Of a stretch of DNA of 55,492 nt, positions 30,397-39,002 are shown piece after piece (the stretch's first letter is position 1; the number at the start of each line of letters is the position of its first letter). Both the position numbers and the translations under genes were made by a program. The notes under the pieces were generated by a model, which ran no database searches, was not told where the DNA came from, and saw only the letters and a list, made by a program, of their open reading frames with translations. This stretch comes from Puniceicoccales bacterium (GTDB taxonomy: Bacteria > Verrucomicrobiota > Verrucomicrobiia > Opitutales > JAIRLM01), in contig JAITOA010000006.1 of NCBI GenBank assembly GCA_031290195.1, forward strand, positions 1 to 55,492, in the 5' to 3' direction.

Positions 30397-31388
30397 TGGA
30401 AAATACCATGACGAGAACTTTGGGAAAATTTGAACTACCAACGCGGGTTGCCAAGGTGGAAAATTCCGCGACGAAGACCTATGCAGCCTTTGTGGTTGAG
30501 CCATTCGAATCTGGATTTGGCTACAGCATTGGGAATACGCTGCGGCGTATTTTGTTGGGAGCAATTGAAGGAACAGCACTTACGAATGTCCGCATCGCCG
30601 AAGTGCAGCACGAATTTCAAACCATCCCCGGCATCGTGGAAGACGTTTTCGAAATTCTTCTCAACTTGAAGAAGGTGCTTTTTCAATCCGAGTGCCGGAC
30701 GGCACAGACGTTGACGCTGGATATCAGCAATAGAGAAGTTGCTCGGGCAAAAGATATTACGGTCCCTAGCGGTGTGCAAGTGCTAAACCCCGAGCACATT
30801 CTTTTCCACACAAATGGAAAGGGACGCCTGTCTGCGGAAATGCGGCTCAACCGCGGCCGCGGCTATCGCCTTGCGGATGAAAATGAAAAACTCGATGCCA
30901 TCGAGGGAGGAATTGCCCTTGATTCCTCCTTCAGTCCCGTGCGCCTCGTCAATTACACCGTAGAAAATGCCCGTGTCGGACAGGTAACAGACTTCGACCG
31001 GCTCACTCTGGAAATTTCAACGGACAGCAGAATTTCTCCGGAAGATGCTCTAGCTGAATCGGTTGCCATCCTTCGCCTACATCTCAGTGCATTCGATAAC
31101 CTGGCCGCCGATGACATCACATTTGAACAGGATGAACGTTCCAGTGGAGGAGATCAAAATCGTTTGCAAAAATTGCTGGCGATGAGCGTCAATGAGATAG
31201 AGCTTTCCGTTCGTGCGGCTAACTGTTTGAACAACGCAAATATTTTGACCGTCGGTGAGTTGGCAGCAAAAACAGAGGGGGAAATGCTGCGCTACAGGAA
31301 TTTTGGCAAAAAATCGCTGACGGAAATTAAAAATAGACTCGAGGAACTCGGCCTTTCCCTCGGCATGAAAATTGATGAGTGCCTGTAG
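30396..31388 (+). CDS. rpoA: RNA polymerase alpha subunit
   Basis: EPFESGFGYSIGNTLRRILL, ELSVRAANCL, NFGKKSLTEI. Confidence 0.99.
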   Translation: MENTMTRTLGKFELPTRVAKVENSATKTYAAFVVEPFESGFGYSIGNTLRRILLGAIEGTALTNVRIAEVQHEFQTIPGIVEDVFEILLNLKKVLFQSECRTAQTLTLDISNREVARAKDITVPSGVQVLNPEHILFHTNGKGRLSAEMRLNRGRGYRLADENEKLDAIEGGIALDSSFSPVRLVNYTVENARVGQVTDFDRLTLEISTDSRISPEDALAESVAILRLHLSAFDNLAADDITFEQDERSSGGDQNRLQKLLAMSVNEIELSVRAANCLNNANILTVGELAAKTEGEMLRYRNFGKKSLTEIKNRLEELGLSLGMKIDECL

Positions 31389-31414
31389 AATTTTGACTTG
31401 GGAGAATTTGGAAA

Positions 31415-31891
31415 ATGCGCCACAGGAAACACTCATTTCAGCTCGGAGTAAAAAAAGAACATCGGGCGTCCCTCATGGCCGGATTGTCGGCGGCGTTGCT
31501 CCGACACAAGCGCATCCAAACAACGTTGGCAAAGGCAAAGGCCCTGCGACCCTATGCCGAAAAGGTTATTACGTTGGCCTGCAAGGCGTCGCGCTCCGAT
31601 GTGCCGGAGCAAAGTTTGCACTACAGGCGCATGGCCGTGGCTAGGGTTAGGGACCAGGAAGCCGTAAAAACGCTCTTTGACGAACTGGCCAAAGAATTTA
31701 TCAACCGCCCTGGTGGCTATACAAGAATTTATAAACTCGTTCCACGGCAAGGAGATGCTGCACAAATTGCACTCATTGAATTGGTGATGGGCGACGACAA
31801 GGGACACGGAAAGCGATCTCGTAGGCATAGAGCAGCGGCCAAAGCGCACAAACAGGCGTCAAAACCGGAAGGGTTGCCGGGGGTCCTTTGA
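31415..31891 (+). CDS. rplQ: 50S ribosomal protein L17
   Basis: MRHRK, TTLAKAK, RPGGYTRI, RQGDAA. Confidence 0.98.
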   Translation: MRHRKHSFQLGVKKEHRASLMAGLSAALLRHKRIQTTLAKAKALRPYAEKVITLACKASRSDVPEQSLHYRRMAVARVRDQEAVKTLFDELAKEFINRPGGYTRIYKLVPRQGDAAQIALIELVMGDDKGHGKRSRRHRAAAKAHKQASKPEGLPGVL

Positions 31892-32045
31892 TTTGCCGAC
31901 CCACCGAAAACGATGGGCCGTCGGTCCGGTCGTCAATTGAAAAAATTTTGCCGCCGCTGGTCGCAGTCGGCGCCGGAGTTTTGGTCCCCTATCCCATAAA
32001 AACGTGTAAACATCCATATTTTTGGCTTGGAATGCCTTTTCCCGG

Positions 32046-32074
32046 TTGACGGGAAAAATTGATGTGCACACGAT
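32046..32074 (+). promoter_or_regulatory. putative promoter of HU-ispF-ispE
   Basis: TTGACG-N17-CACGAT ~50 nt before the HU start. Confidence 0.4.
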
Positions 32075-32123
32075 ATCCAACGGCTATCTATTAGGTGGCC
32101 TACTACAGGAAAGGTAGAAAGTG

Positions 32124-32399
32124 ATGAATAAGTCTGATTTGGTTGTGGAGACGCACAAAGTTCTTGGAGAAGAATTATCGAAGGCAACCGTTGAGCGCGT
32201 TTTGAATGCCGTTTTGGAGACCATTCGAAATGCAATTTCCAAGCACGAATCCGTGCAACTTGTTGGTTTTGGAACGTTCGGAGTTTCGGAGAGAATGTCG
32301 AGGATCGGCGTCAACCCGCGCACGAAGGAAAAAATCCGCATTCCGGGAAAGATGGTCGTTAAGTTCAAGCCGGGAACGGATCTCAGTCGCGCCGTGTAG
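32124..32399 (+). CDS. hup: HU/IHF-family histone-like DNA-binding protein
   Basis: MNKSDL, VQLVGFGTF, GVNPRT, FKPG. Confidence 0.95.
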   Translation: MNKSDLVVETHKVLGEELSKATVERVLNAVLETIRNAISKHESVQLVGFGTFGVSERMSRIGVNPRTKEKIRIPGKMVVKFKPGTDLSRAV

Positions 32400-32453
32400 G
32401 TAAAAATGTCCCGGCTCCGCCTTAAAAGTACGGGAAATTTAGGCGCGGTTTTG

Positions 32454-32960
32454 ATGGGAGAAATTTCGCTCAGAGTTGGGATCGGGAGGGATTTTCACCG
32501 ACTTTCCGACGGGAGAGCCCTGGTTCTTTGCGGCGTTACCGTCGCGGAAAGCGGCGGCTGCGTTGCCCATTCGGACGGTGACTGTGCCGTGCATGCCCTT
32601 GCGGATGCACTCCTCGGAGCCGCAGCCCTTCCGGCCATCGGAAGAATGTTTCCGGACACAGACGAAACAAATCGGGGACGAAATTCCATTGGAATGCTCG
32701 GTGAGGTCATAGAATTGCTTGCCCAAAATCACCTTTCGGTGATAAATGTGGACATGGTCATCCAAATTGAACGGCCGCGGCTGGACGCGTTTTTGGGAAA
32801 AATGCAGAACAATTTGGCGAAAGCCTTGGGAACTAAGGCCGGAAACATCGGCATCAAGGCAACAAGCGCCGAAAATACGGGTCCCATCGGCCGGGGCGAA
32901 GCCATGGAGGTTCTCTGTGTATGCTTGCTGCGACTACTTCCGGAAGAAAACAATGGATGA
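32454..32960 (+). CDS. ispF: 2-C-methyl-D-erythritol 2,4-cyclodiphosphate synthase
   Basis: RVGIGRDFH, HSDGDCAVHA, FPDTD, IKATSAE. Confidence 0.93.
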   Translation: MGEISLRVGIGRDFHRLSDGRALVLCGVTVAESGGCVAHSDGDCAVHALADALLGAAALPAIGRMFPDTDETNRGRNSIGMLGEVIELLAQNHLSVINVDMVIQIERPRLDAFLGKMQNNLAKALGTKAGNIGIKATSAENTGPIGRGEAMEVLCVCLLRLLPEENNG

Positions 32961-33861
32961 ATTTCGCGTTTTTCTATGTCCGGCAAAGTTAAATCTTTTT
33001 CTAGAAGTCAATGGGAAGCGCGAGGACAGTTACCACAATTTGACATCAATTTCGGTGCAAATTGACTTTGCAGATCGCATGCAACTGCGTCTGACGGAAG
33101 ATGATGTCGCCGATGATTTTATCTTTTGCGACGTCAGGGAAGTTCCCATTGATGGGAAAAACTCCATCCGCCGCGCCATTGACGCATTTCGCCGGGTCTA
33201 CCCATTTCCTCGGCACCTGGTTGTTCGACTCGAAAAGAATATTCCGATCGGGAGCGGACTTGGCGGTGGAAGCAGCGATGCGGCCTACCTTCTGAAAAAT
33301 TTGAATGAACTTTTGGCGCGGCCGCTCGGAGATGGAGCGTTGATCTCCCTGGCCGCGACGGTCGGTTCCGACTGCCCCCTCTTTCTCTCCTCATCGCCAT
33401 GCATCGTTCGCGGAAGGGGAGAACGCGTAGAACGGGTGAATGTTGATCAGTTAGAGGGACTTAGACGGACAAAATTTCTCATTTTCAAACCTTCTTTCGG
33501 CACCGAAACTGCCCAAGTCTACGAAGTACTTTCTAAGAAAGCTGTCTGGACCCTGAAAAGTCAGGGAATTTCTGAGACTTCCGTCTTCTCGTTGCTGAGA
33601 GATTTAAAAACTGACTGCAGCTCTAGCCATTTTTTTAATGCATTTCAGGAGATTGTTGCCGAAAAATTTATCGAACTGGCCCGTGTTTTTGCCGACATTG
33701 CGGAATATTTTGGGGTAAACGCACAGCTGACAGGGACCGGCAGCGCCGGATTCATTCCACTAGCGGACGACTACGACACGACTCCATTGAAGTCGTATCT
33801 TGCGGAAGTAATCGGAGAAAAAGCATTTGTCATAGAAGCAAAACCGCTACTTTTTCCCTAA
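32953..33861 (+). CDS. ispE: 4-diphosphocytidyl-2-C-methyl-D-erythritol kinase
   Basis: PAKLNLFL, YHNL, KNIPIGSGLGGGSSDAA, GSDCP, LTGTGS. Confidence 0.95.
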   Translation: MDEFRVFLCPAKLNLFLEVNGKREDSYHNLTSISVQIDFADRMQLRLTEDDVADDFIFCDVREVPIDGKNSIRRAIDAFRRVYPFPRHLVVRLEKNIPIGSGLGGGSSDAAYLLKNLNELLARPLGDGALISLAATVGSDCPLFLSSSPCIVRGRGERVERVNVDQLEGLRRTKFLIFKPSFGTETAQVYEVLSKKAVWTLKSQGISETSVFSLLRDLKTDCSSSHFFNAFQEIVAEKFIELARVFADIAEYFGVNAQLTGTGSAGFIPLADDYDTTPLKSYLAEVIGEKAFVIEAKPLLFP

Positions 33862-33869
33862 TAGTAGAC

Positions 33870-33953
33870 AAATTTACATACGAACATAGGTAAAAATTTA
33901 CATTCGCATTACGAATGTTTAAAATCTTCCGGCGGAAATGTAAATTTTTACCT
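33870..33953 (+). promoter_or_regulatory. repeated AAATTTACAT motifs / long imperfect inverted repeat upstream of the response regulator
   Basis: AAATTTACAT at 33870-33879 and 33894-33903, with an inverted copy at 33938-33947. Arms 33887-33904 and 33937-33953 are complementary except for one extra A. Confidence 0.5.
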
Positions 33954-34026
33954 AAAAAAACGTGAATATTTGAGGTCCGTTTGACACAATTCTCCATATC
34001 TACACCGTACGGCCGGAGGGGCGTAA

Positions 34027-34818
34027 GTGAGGGAAAATAGTTCGACACCTTTTATCCTTATTGTGGACGGGGATGTGGAATTGACGAAAGGTATTGTTCG
34101 TCATTTTTTAGAGTCCAATTTTGGCGCCGTCGGCGCCTCATCGCTGCATGAAGCCAATCGAATTCTAGCAGATCATTTCGTCAATTTGCTCGTGCTGAAT
34201 ACAAATATTCAGGGCTATTCAGGCTTTGAATTTCTTGAGCAGCTTCAGCACAATGGTCAGCACATCCCGGCAATCTTCATTGCGGACCGTCATTCCCAGG
34301 CAGATCGACTGCACGCATTGGCCATTGGGGACGACATTTTGCAAAAGCCGATCCCCGTGAGAGAATTGGTGGCGCGTGTCCATGCCATTCTTCGCCGATC
34401 AGAAACATCGAGGGACTGGCACCTAACAGAAAATACGACTCTCAACGACGTTCCGTTTGAGTTCTGTGGAGCCGTTATCTATCCGAAAGGCCTGCGGGTG
34501 GTATTTTCCGATGGATCGGAAGAGCGTGTCGGGAAAAAAGAAGTCGGACTGATGTCTGTGTTTTCCGCGACACCGGGTATCATTCTTTCCCGCAAGGACA
34601 TAATTCACAGAGTATGGGGGCTCCATGCGAACATTCGCAGCCGATCCTTGGACCAATACGTGGTACGTATTCGCCAACTTTTCCGTCGCAACGGCTGTGC
34701 AACAATCGATTTCCTGCGAACGGTTCACGGCATCGGTTACCTCTGCGCCAAAACCGAAGAAGAAATGTACAAGAACAGTGGGAAAAGTTTGGGCTCAGCC
34801 GTGACAGTGAAATTCTGA
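34027..34818 (+). CDS. OmpR/PhoB-family DNA-binding response regulator with atypical receiver domain
   Basis: Receiver fold (ILIVDGD...KP...ELVARVHAILRR) plus winged helix (SRKDII..VWG...RSLDQYVVRIR...TVHGIGY). The phosphoacceptor position is Asn. Confidence 0.9.
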   Translation: MRENSSTPFILIVDGDVELTKGIVRHFLESNFGAVGASSLHEANRILADHFVNLLVLNTNIQGYSGFEFLEQLQHNGQHIPAIFIADRHSQADRLHALAIGDDILQKPIPVRELVARVHAILRRSETSRDWHLTENTTLNDVPFEFCGAVIYPKGLRVVFSDGSEERVGKKEVGLMSVFSATPGIILSRKDIIHRVWGLHANIRSRSLDQYVVRIRQLFRRNGCATIDFLRTVHGIGYLCAKTEEEMYKNSGKSLGSAVTVKF

Positions 34819-34824
34819 GCTTCA

Positions 34825-35316
34825 TTAGGGATGCTTTCCTCGAATTCTATCTGCGATTGCCTTCTGCGCCTCCCGCATGGCCGTCTCCCTTCGAAGATCT
34901 TCCCTTCTGTCCCTAAACTGTTTCCCCTTGCACAGGCCAACGTCAACTTTTGCTAGTCCGTGTTCTATGTGTAAGCGCAACGGAATCAATGTCATGCCTT
35001 CCTTTTCCGCCGCCACACGTAGCCGATTAATTTCCCGGCGATGGAGCAAAAGTTCCCGCGCTCGAACCGCCGAATGATTGGCATCGGTACCATGGGAATA
35101 ACTTTCCACGTGGGCGTTGTGCATCCATGGCCGCCCAAGTCGATCGATGCGAACAAAAGCCTCCGCTATTTGGGCTTTTCCTTCGCGAAGAGATTTTATC
35201 TCCGTCCCCCACAAGACAATGCCCGCCTCGAATCGTTCCAGGATAAAGTAGCGCTGGGACACTTTGCGGTTCAATATCTCCAGACCGCCTTCCCGTAATT
35301 TTGACCGGGCACCCAT
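34825..35316 (-). CDS. smpB: SsrA-binding protein
   Basis: NRKVSQRYFI, EAGIVLWGTEIKSLR, LLLHRREI, TLIPL, KGK..DRRE. Confidence 0.97.
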   Translation of the reverse strand: MGARSKLREGGLEILNRKVSQRYFILERFEAGIVLWGTEIKSLREGKAQIAEAFVRIDRLGRPWMHNAHVESYSHGTDANHSAVRARELLLHRREINRLRVAAEKEGMTLIPLRLHIEHGLAKVDVGLCKGKQFRDRREDLRRETAMREAQKAIADRIRGKHP

Positions 35317-35321
35317 GGTCA

Positions 35322-35567
35322 CTAGTCAATGGAAAAAGCAAAGGCAAAGTCGTCGATTTTTTCCTTTTCTTCCTCGTAGAGCTCATAGACGAGCCTACCT
35401 TCGATAATTTCCCGAAGCGCAACGTCCTCCAATTCGAGTCTCTCCAACGACTCTACGGTGCTGTCATTTTTCCGACGCAACTGCTTCACCCGGCGAGAGA
35501 CAAGATTCACCAGGATGTTCGCATTTGGCACAACCAGCAGTGCCTGCTTTAGATAATCATCCCTCAT
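35322..35567 (-). CDS. rpoZ: RNA polymerase omega subunit
   Basis: ILVNLVSRRVKQL and DVALREIIEG, a Verrucomicrobia-type omega pattern. Confidence 0.85.
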   Translation of the reverse strand: MRDDYLKQALLVVPNANILVNLVSRRVKQLRRKNDSTVESLERLELEDVALREIIEGRLVYELYEEEKEKIDDFAFAFSID

Positions 35568-36636
35568 TAGCAGTGGACTCTCCTATCCTCAAGGTTCGTT
35601 CTGTCAACTCCTTTGAAGCAATGCCGAAAATTTTTCCAATGGCGTCCAGCGTGCGCTGCCCCAGACGAATGGAGTTACTCCCCTCTCCGCCCACTTCCAG
35701 GGTCCCCATCCGCAGGGACAGGGCGACCCAATCCCTCTCCCAGTGCAGAAGAAGCGGTCCGGAAACCATTGGCGACCTCCGCACGTCTGCCCGAATGGCG
35801 ACCCAGCGCTTTGGGAGCCCGTACCAGGTCCACTCGACGTCAAAGCCCCCGATGGAACCTTCATTTCCGCCATCCATCAACATGGGGTACCGCTTCAAAA
35901 ATTCTGGAACCTTCTCCGTACAAATACGCGTCACAAAGGCGGTTGGTTCCATTTGAATGCGGGCGAGCAGAGAGCAATTTTTCCCATTCTGCAGCAGAGG
36001 CAGAGGATCCAAGGAAACTAGATTAAGGCCATTCCAACGGCCGTGAAAATTCGGCTCATCGGGGTATTTCCGCCCATACCAGGAAGAAAATTCCGGATCC
36101 TCTCCGAGGCGCAGACCCATTTCAAAGTGCAGGTGGGCTCGATCTTGGGGAATGTCCTGGTCACAGGAGGTCCTTCCCATGGTCCCGAGAAGGTCTCCGC
36201 CGGAAACGGACTTTCCCGGAGCAATAGACTCATCTACCAAAGCCAGATGGGCATAGAGAGAAAAAACCGGGACCGAAAGACTTCCGTGCTCCACCACGAT
36301 GTACTTTCCATAGGAACTTTTTTTTGCATCTCCATTGGCATGGACGACCACCCCATCGGCTACGGCTCTCACTCGGTCAGCGGACTCACCGCTGGATCGA
36401 AATCGCACGGGGCGAATATCTATGCCACCGTGGAAACGGGTACCATTTTCACGGACAAGGCCAAATCCTCCGTTGCGTCGACCGGTTTCCGTGGGCTGCA
36501 AGTAATGCAGGATATTTTGTACCTCTTCATTGTCCGTTGGCAGTTGCAGACTGTCCGCGACTCCCTCCGACTGGAAAAGAACGGACGACAGCGAGAGCAT
36601 CGAGGCGAAAAGCAGGCACGGAAGACGGCAGCCCAT
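35557..36636 (-). CDS. M23-family metallopeptidase, probably exported
   Basis: HGGID (HxxxD), YGKYIVVEH, SLYAHL and HLHFE (HxH); hydrophobic N-terminal signal-like segment. Confidence 0.9.
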   Translation of the reverse strand: MGCRLPCLLFASMLSLSSVLFQSEGVADSLQLPTDNEEVQNILHYLQPTETGRRNGGFGLVRENGTRFHGGIDIRPVRFRSSGESADRVRAVADGVVVHANGDAKKSSYGKYIVVEHGSLSVPVFSLYAHLALVDESIAPGKSVSGGDLLGTMGRTSCDQDIPQDRAHLHFEMGLRLGEDPEFSSWYGRKYPDEPNFHGRWNGLNLVSLDPLPLLQNGKNCSLLARIQMEPTAFVTRICTEKVPEFLKRYPMLMDGGNEGSIGGFDVEWTWYGLPKRWVAIRADVRRSPMVSGPLLLHWERDWVALSLRMGTLEVGGEGSNSIRLGQRTLDAIGKIFGIASKELTERTLRIGESTANEG

Positions 36637-36656
36637 GGTCCCCACCTTCCCCGTTC

Positions 36657-37985
36657 CTAGGCAATGCGCTCGACGATGAGTTCATTGATATTCGGACGCT
36701 TCGGCGCCAACCGGTAGGCGCTGCGCAGGTACTCAAGCCCCGCTTCCAGGTTCCTCTCATCGTTGTAATGAATCATCATAAGTGGCTCGCCCTGTTTGAT
36801 TTGCACGCCAACTTTCATAATTTTCGAGACGCCAACCGCCGGATCCAACGTGCCATCCGGCCGCTCCGCCAGCAGGCGGACGCCCCGGGCAATCATCCCG
36901 GCGTTGATTGTGTGGATGTAGCCCCGCTTGGGTGCGGGCAATTTTCTTACGAATTGCGCCTTGGGAAGTTTCTCCGTGTCGTCCAGGTAGGAAATATCTC
37001 CGCCCTGACCGGCGATGATTTCCTTGAATTTTTCAAAGGCCGCACCGCTGGAAAGACTTTTCTGTACCATTTGCTTGGCCGAGAGGGTGGAACCGGCGAC
37101 ACCGGCCAGGCGCACAACTTCCATTCCCAGCCGCATCGCAAGGTGCTTGAAGTCCTCTTCCCCCTCCTCCGTCTTCAAAAACCGCACGGCTTCTTCGATC
37201 TCCACGGCCGTTCCGACGGAATCGCCGAGGGGTTGGTTAATGTCGGTCACGAGGACAACACTCTTTCGCTGAAAGGCATCGCAGGTACGGGCAATGGATC
37301 GGGCGAGGGTCTTTGCCTGCTCCACGTCCTTAATGAAGGAACCATTTCCCCATTTGACGTCCACGACGAAATTTTCAGCCCCTTCCGCCGATTTTCTGGA
37401 AAGGATGCTCGCCACAATGAGAGGTAGGCAGGGGATGGCGGCTACCTCCCGGCGCATGGCGTAGATGATCTCGTCGGCCGGAGCAATGGACTGGTGCTTG
37501 CGCGCATAGGCAACCCCGTGTACATCGAGATGCCTGACAAACTCCTTCAAATCCACATCCGGCCTGAATCCAGGGATGGAAACCAGCTTATCCAAGGTCC
37601 CGATGATGAAGTCTTCGTCCTCCCCTATCATGGCCGGCATGACAACTCCACAGGCAGCGGCAATGGCTGGCAGCACCAGGGGAACCTTATCACCTACGCC
37701 ACCGGCGGCGTAGTGAGCAACCTTCGGTTTAGTAATGGAAGAAAGGTTAAGTACCTCCCCGGAAAGCATGAGTTCGTCTGCCAAAACCGCCGTTTCCGTA
37801 ACGGATAGTCCCCGAAAGTAGATGCACATCAGCAGGCCGGCCAACTGGTGGTCCGGCAACTTTCTTTCCAAGAGAGCGTCGACAATCTCCTTGGTCTCTT
37901 CGGCAGAAAACTCATCGCCATCCCGCTTTTTCTCAATAAGAAACGCGTACGGCACCCGCGAACCGTCCTTCACCTTTTCTCCCAT
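36657..37985 (-). CDS. thymidine/pyrimidine-nucleoside phosphorylase-family protein with degenerate active site
   Basis: IEKKRDG, GGVGDK, GTLDKL.SIPGF, APADE.IYA.R, VDVKWGNGSF, DINQPLG, QGGD and a C-terminal DPAVG domain. The substrate-binding motifs are altered. Confidence 0.88.
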   Translation of the reverse strand: MGEKVKDGSRVPYAFLIEKKRDGDEFSAEETKEIVDALLERKLPDHQLAGLLMCIYFRGLSVTETAVLADELMLSGEVLNLSSITKPKVAHYAAGGVGDKVPLVLPAIAAACGVVMPAMIGEDEDFIIGTLDKLVSIPGFRPDVDLKEFVRHLDVHGVAYARKHQSIAPADEIIYAMRREVAAIPCLPLIVASILSRKSAEGAENFVVDVKWGNGSFIKDVEQAKTLARSIARTCDAFQRKSVVLVTDINQPLGDSVGTAVEIEEAVRFLKTEEGEEDFKHLAMRLGMEVVRLAGVAGSTLSAKQMVQKSLSSGAAFEKFKEIIAGQGGDISYLDDTEKLPKAQFVRKLPAPKRGYIHTINAGMIARGVRLLAERPDGTLDPAVGVSKIMKVGVQIKQGEPLMMIHYNDERNLEAGLEYLRSAYRLAPKRPNINELIVERIA

Positions 37986-38154
37986 AGAAACACCGGTCCG
38001 CAAATCCCTTGCGAACCCTCCTCACTCACAGAGGGGGTGATAGGGGAAAGGCAGCCGCTCTGTCGAGCAAAATCTCACCGCAGTTGGTTAAGTTATTTAA
38101 CACAAAGAATTTAGCAACAAAAAAATACTGAAAATTTCAAAAATCCAGGCCGAC

Positions 38155-38970
38155 CTAAATTTTTCCCATGCCTCCTTCGATGACCCTTCCAGGGCATGGG
38201 AAAGGGGCCCCGTGTGCGGGGAAAATGTTTTCTAACTTGCCGTGAATTAGGGCAATAGCACTAGTGCAAAACTTCCGAACCATCCCCAAATCATGGGAAA
38301 TAAACAGCACGCCGAGGCGATATTTTCGCTGGAGATCCGAAAGACATTCAAGAACTTCTTCCCGAGTGGCCGCGTCGAGGGCACTGACCACCTCGTCGCA
38401 GATAAGAAATTCCGGCTCCACGGCCAATGCACGGGCAATGGCAACGCGCTGCTGCTGCCCACCGCTCAACGCCGAAGATTTACGATCGAGCAATTCCCCG
38501 GGCAGATGCACCGCGGAGAGGAGTTCCCCGATGCGTTCTGTCCGTCGATTTTTTGGCAGCTTTGAAAAGTGCAGTTCCAGGGGTTCACCGAGAATCTTAC
38601 GCACGGAATGGAGAGGGTTGAGCGCATCGCCGGGACACTGAAAAATCATCTGTACGCGGCGGCAGAGAAGGGGACGCGGGATCTTGCCAATGGGCTGGCC
38701 GCCGAAGAGCACATCGCCGGAAGATAGTTTTTGCAAACCTGCCAGACAGCGGCCGAGAGTTGTTTTACCGCAGCCACTTTCCCCAATGAGGCCCAGGCAT
38801 TCTCCGCTGTGGATGGCAATGGAAATTTTCGAAAAAACGGGAATGGGACCATCGGGCCGGCAGCGGAAAGGCAATTTTTGGTTGAATGCGAGGGAGCCGT
38901 GCCGCATTTCCAGGCATAGCGATACGTCCTCCACCGTCTCTACGGTAAAAAAACATCCTCCGCAGAGCAA
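38155..38970 (-). CDS. OppF/DppF-like peptide/nickel ABC transporter ATP-binding protein
   Basis: Walker A GESGCGKTT, QMIFQ, LSGGQQQR, ICDEVVSALD, FISHD. Start uncertain. Confidence 0.92.
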   Translation of the reverse strand: MLCGGCFFTVETVEDVSLCLEMRHGSLAFNQKLPFRCRPDGPIPVFSKISIAIHSGECLGLIGESGCGKTTLGRCLAGLQKLSSGDVLFGGQPIGKIPRPLLCRRVQMIFQCPGDALNPLHSVRKILGEPLELHFSKLPKNRRTERIGELLSAVHLPGELLDRKSSALSGGQQQRVAIARALAVEPEFLICDEVVSALDAATREEVLECLSDLQRKYRLGVLFISHDLGMVRKFCTSAIALIHGKLENIFPAHGAPFPCPGRVIEGGMGKI

Positions 38971-39002
38971 GAAACATTGCCGGTCCGCGGAACATGTCCC
39001 AC

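Noticed and set aside
31895-31930. GC-rich hairpin after rplQ as an intrinsic terminator
   Set aside because: The stem is imperfect and no U-tract follows directly; not enough support.
36324-37427. 367-aa plus-strand ORF
   Set aside because: It is antisense to the M23 peptidase and phosphorylase-like genes, which carry clear family motifs.
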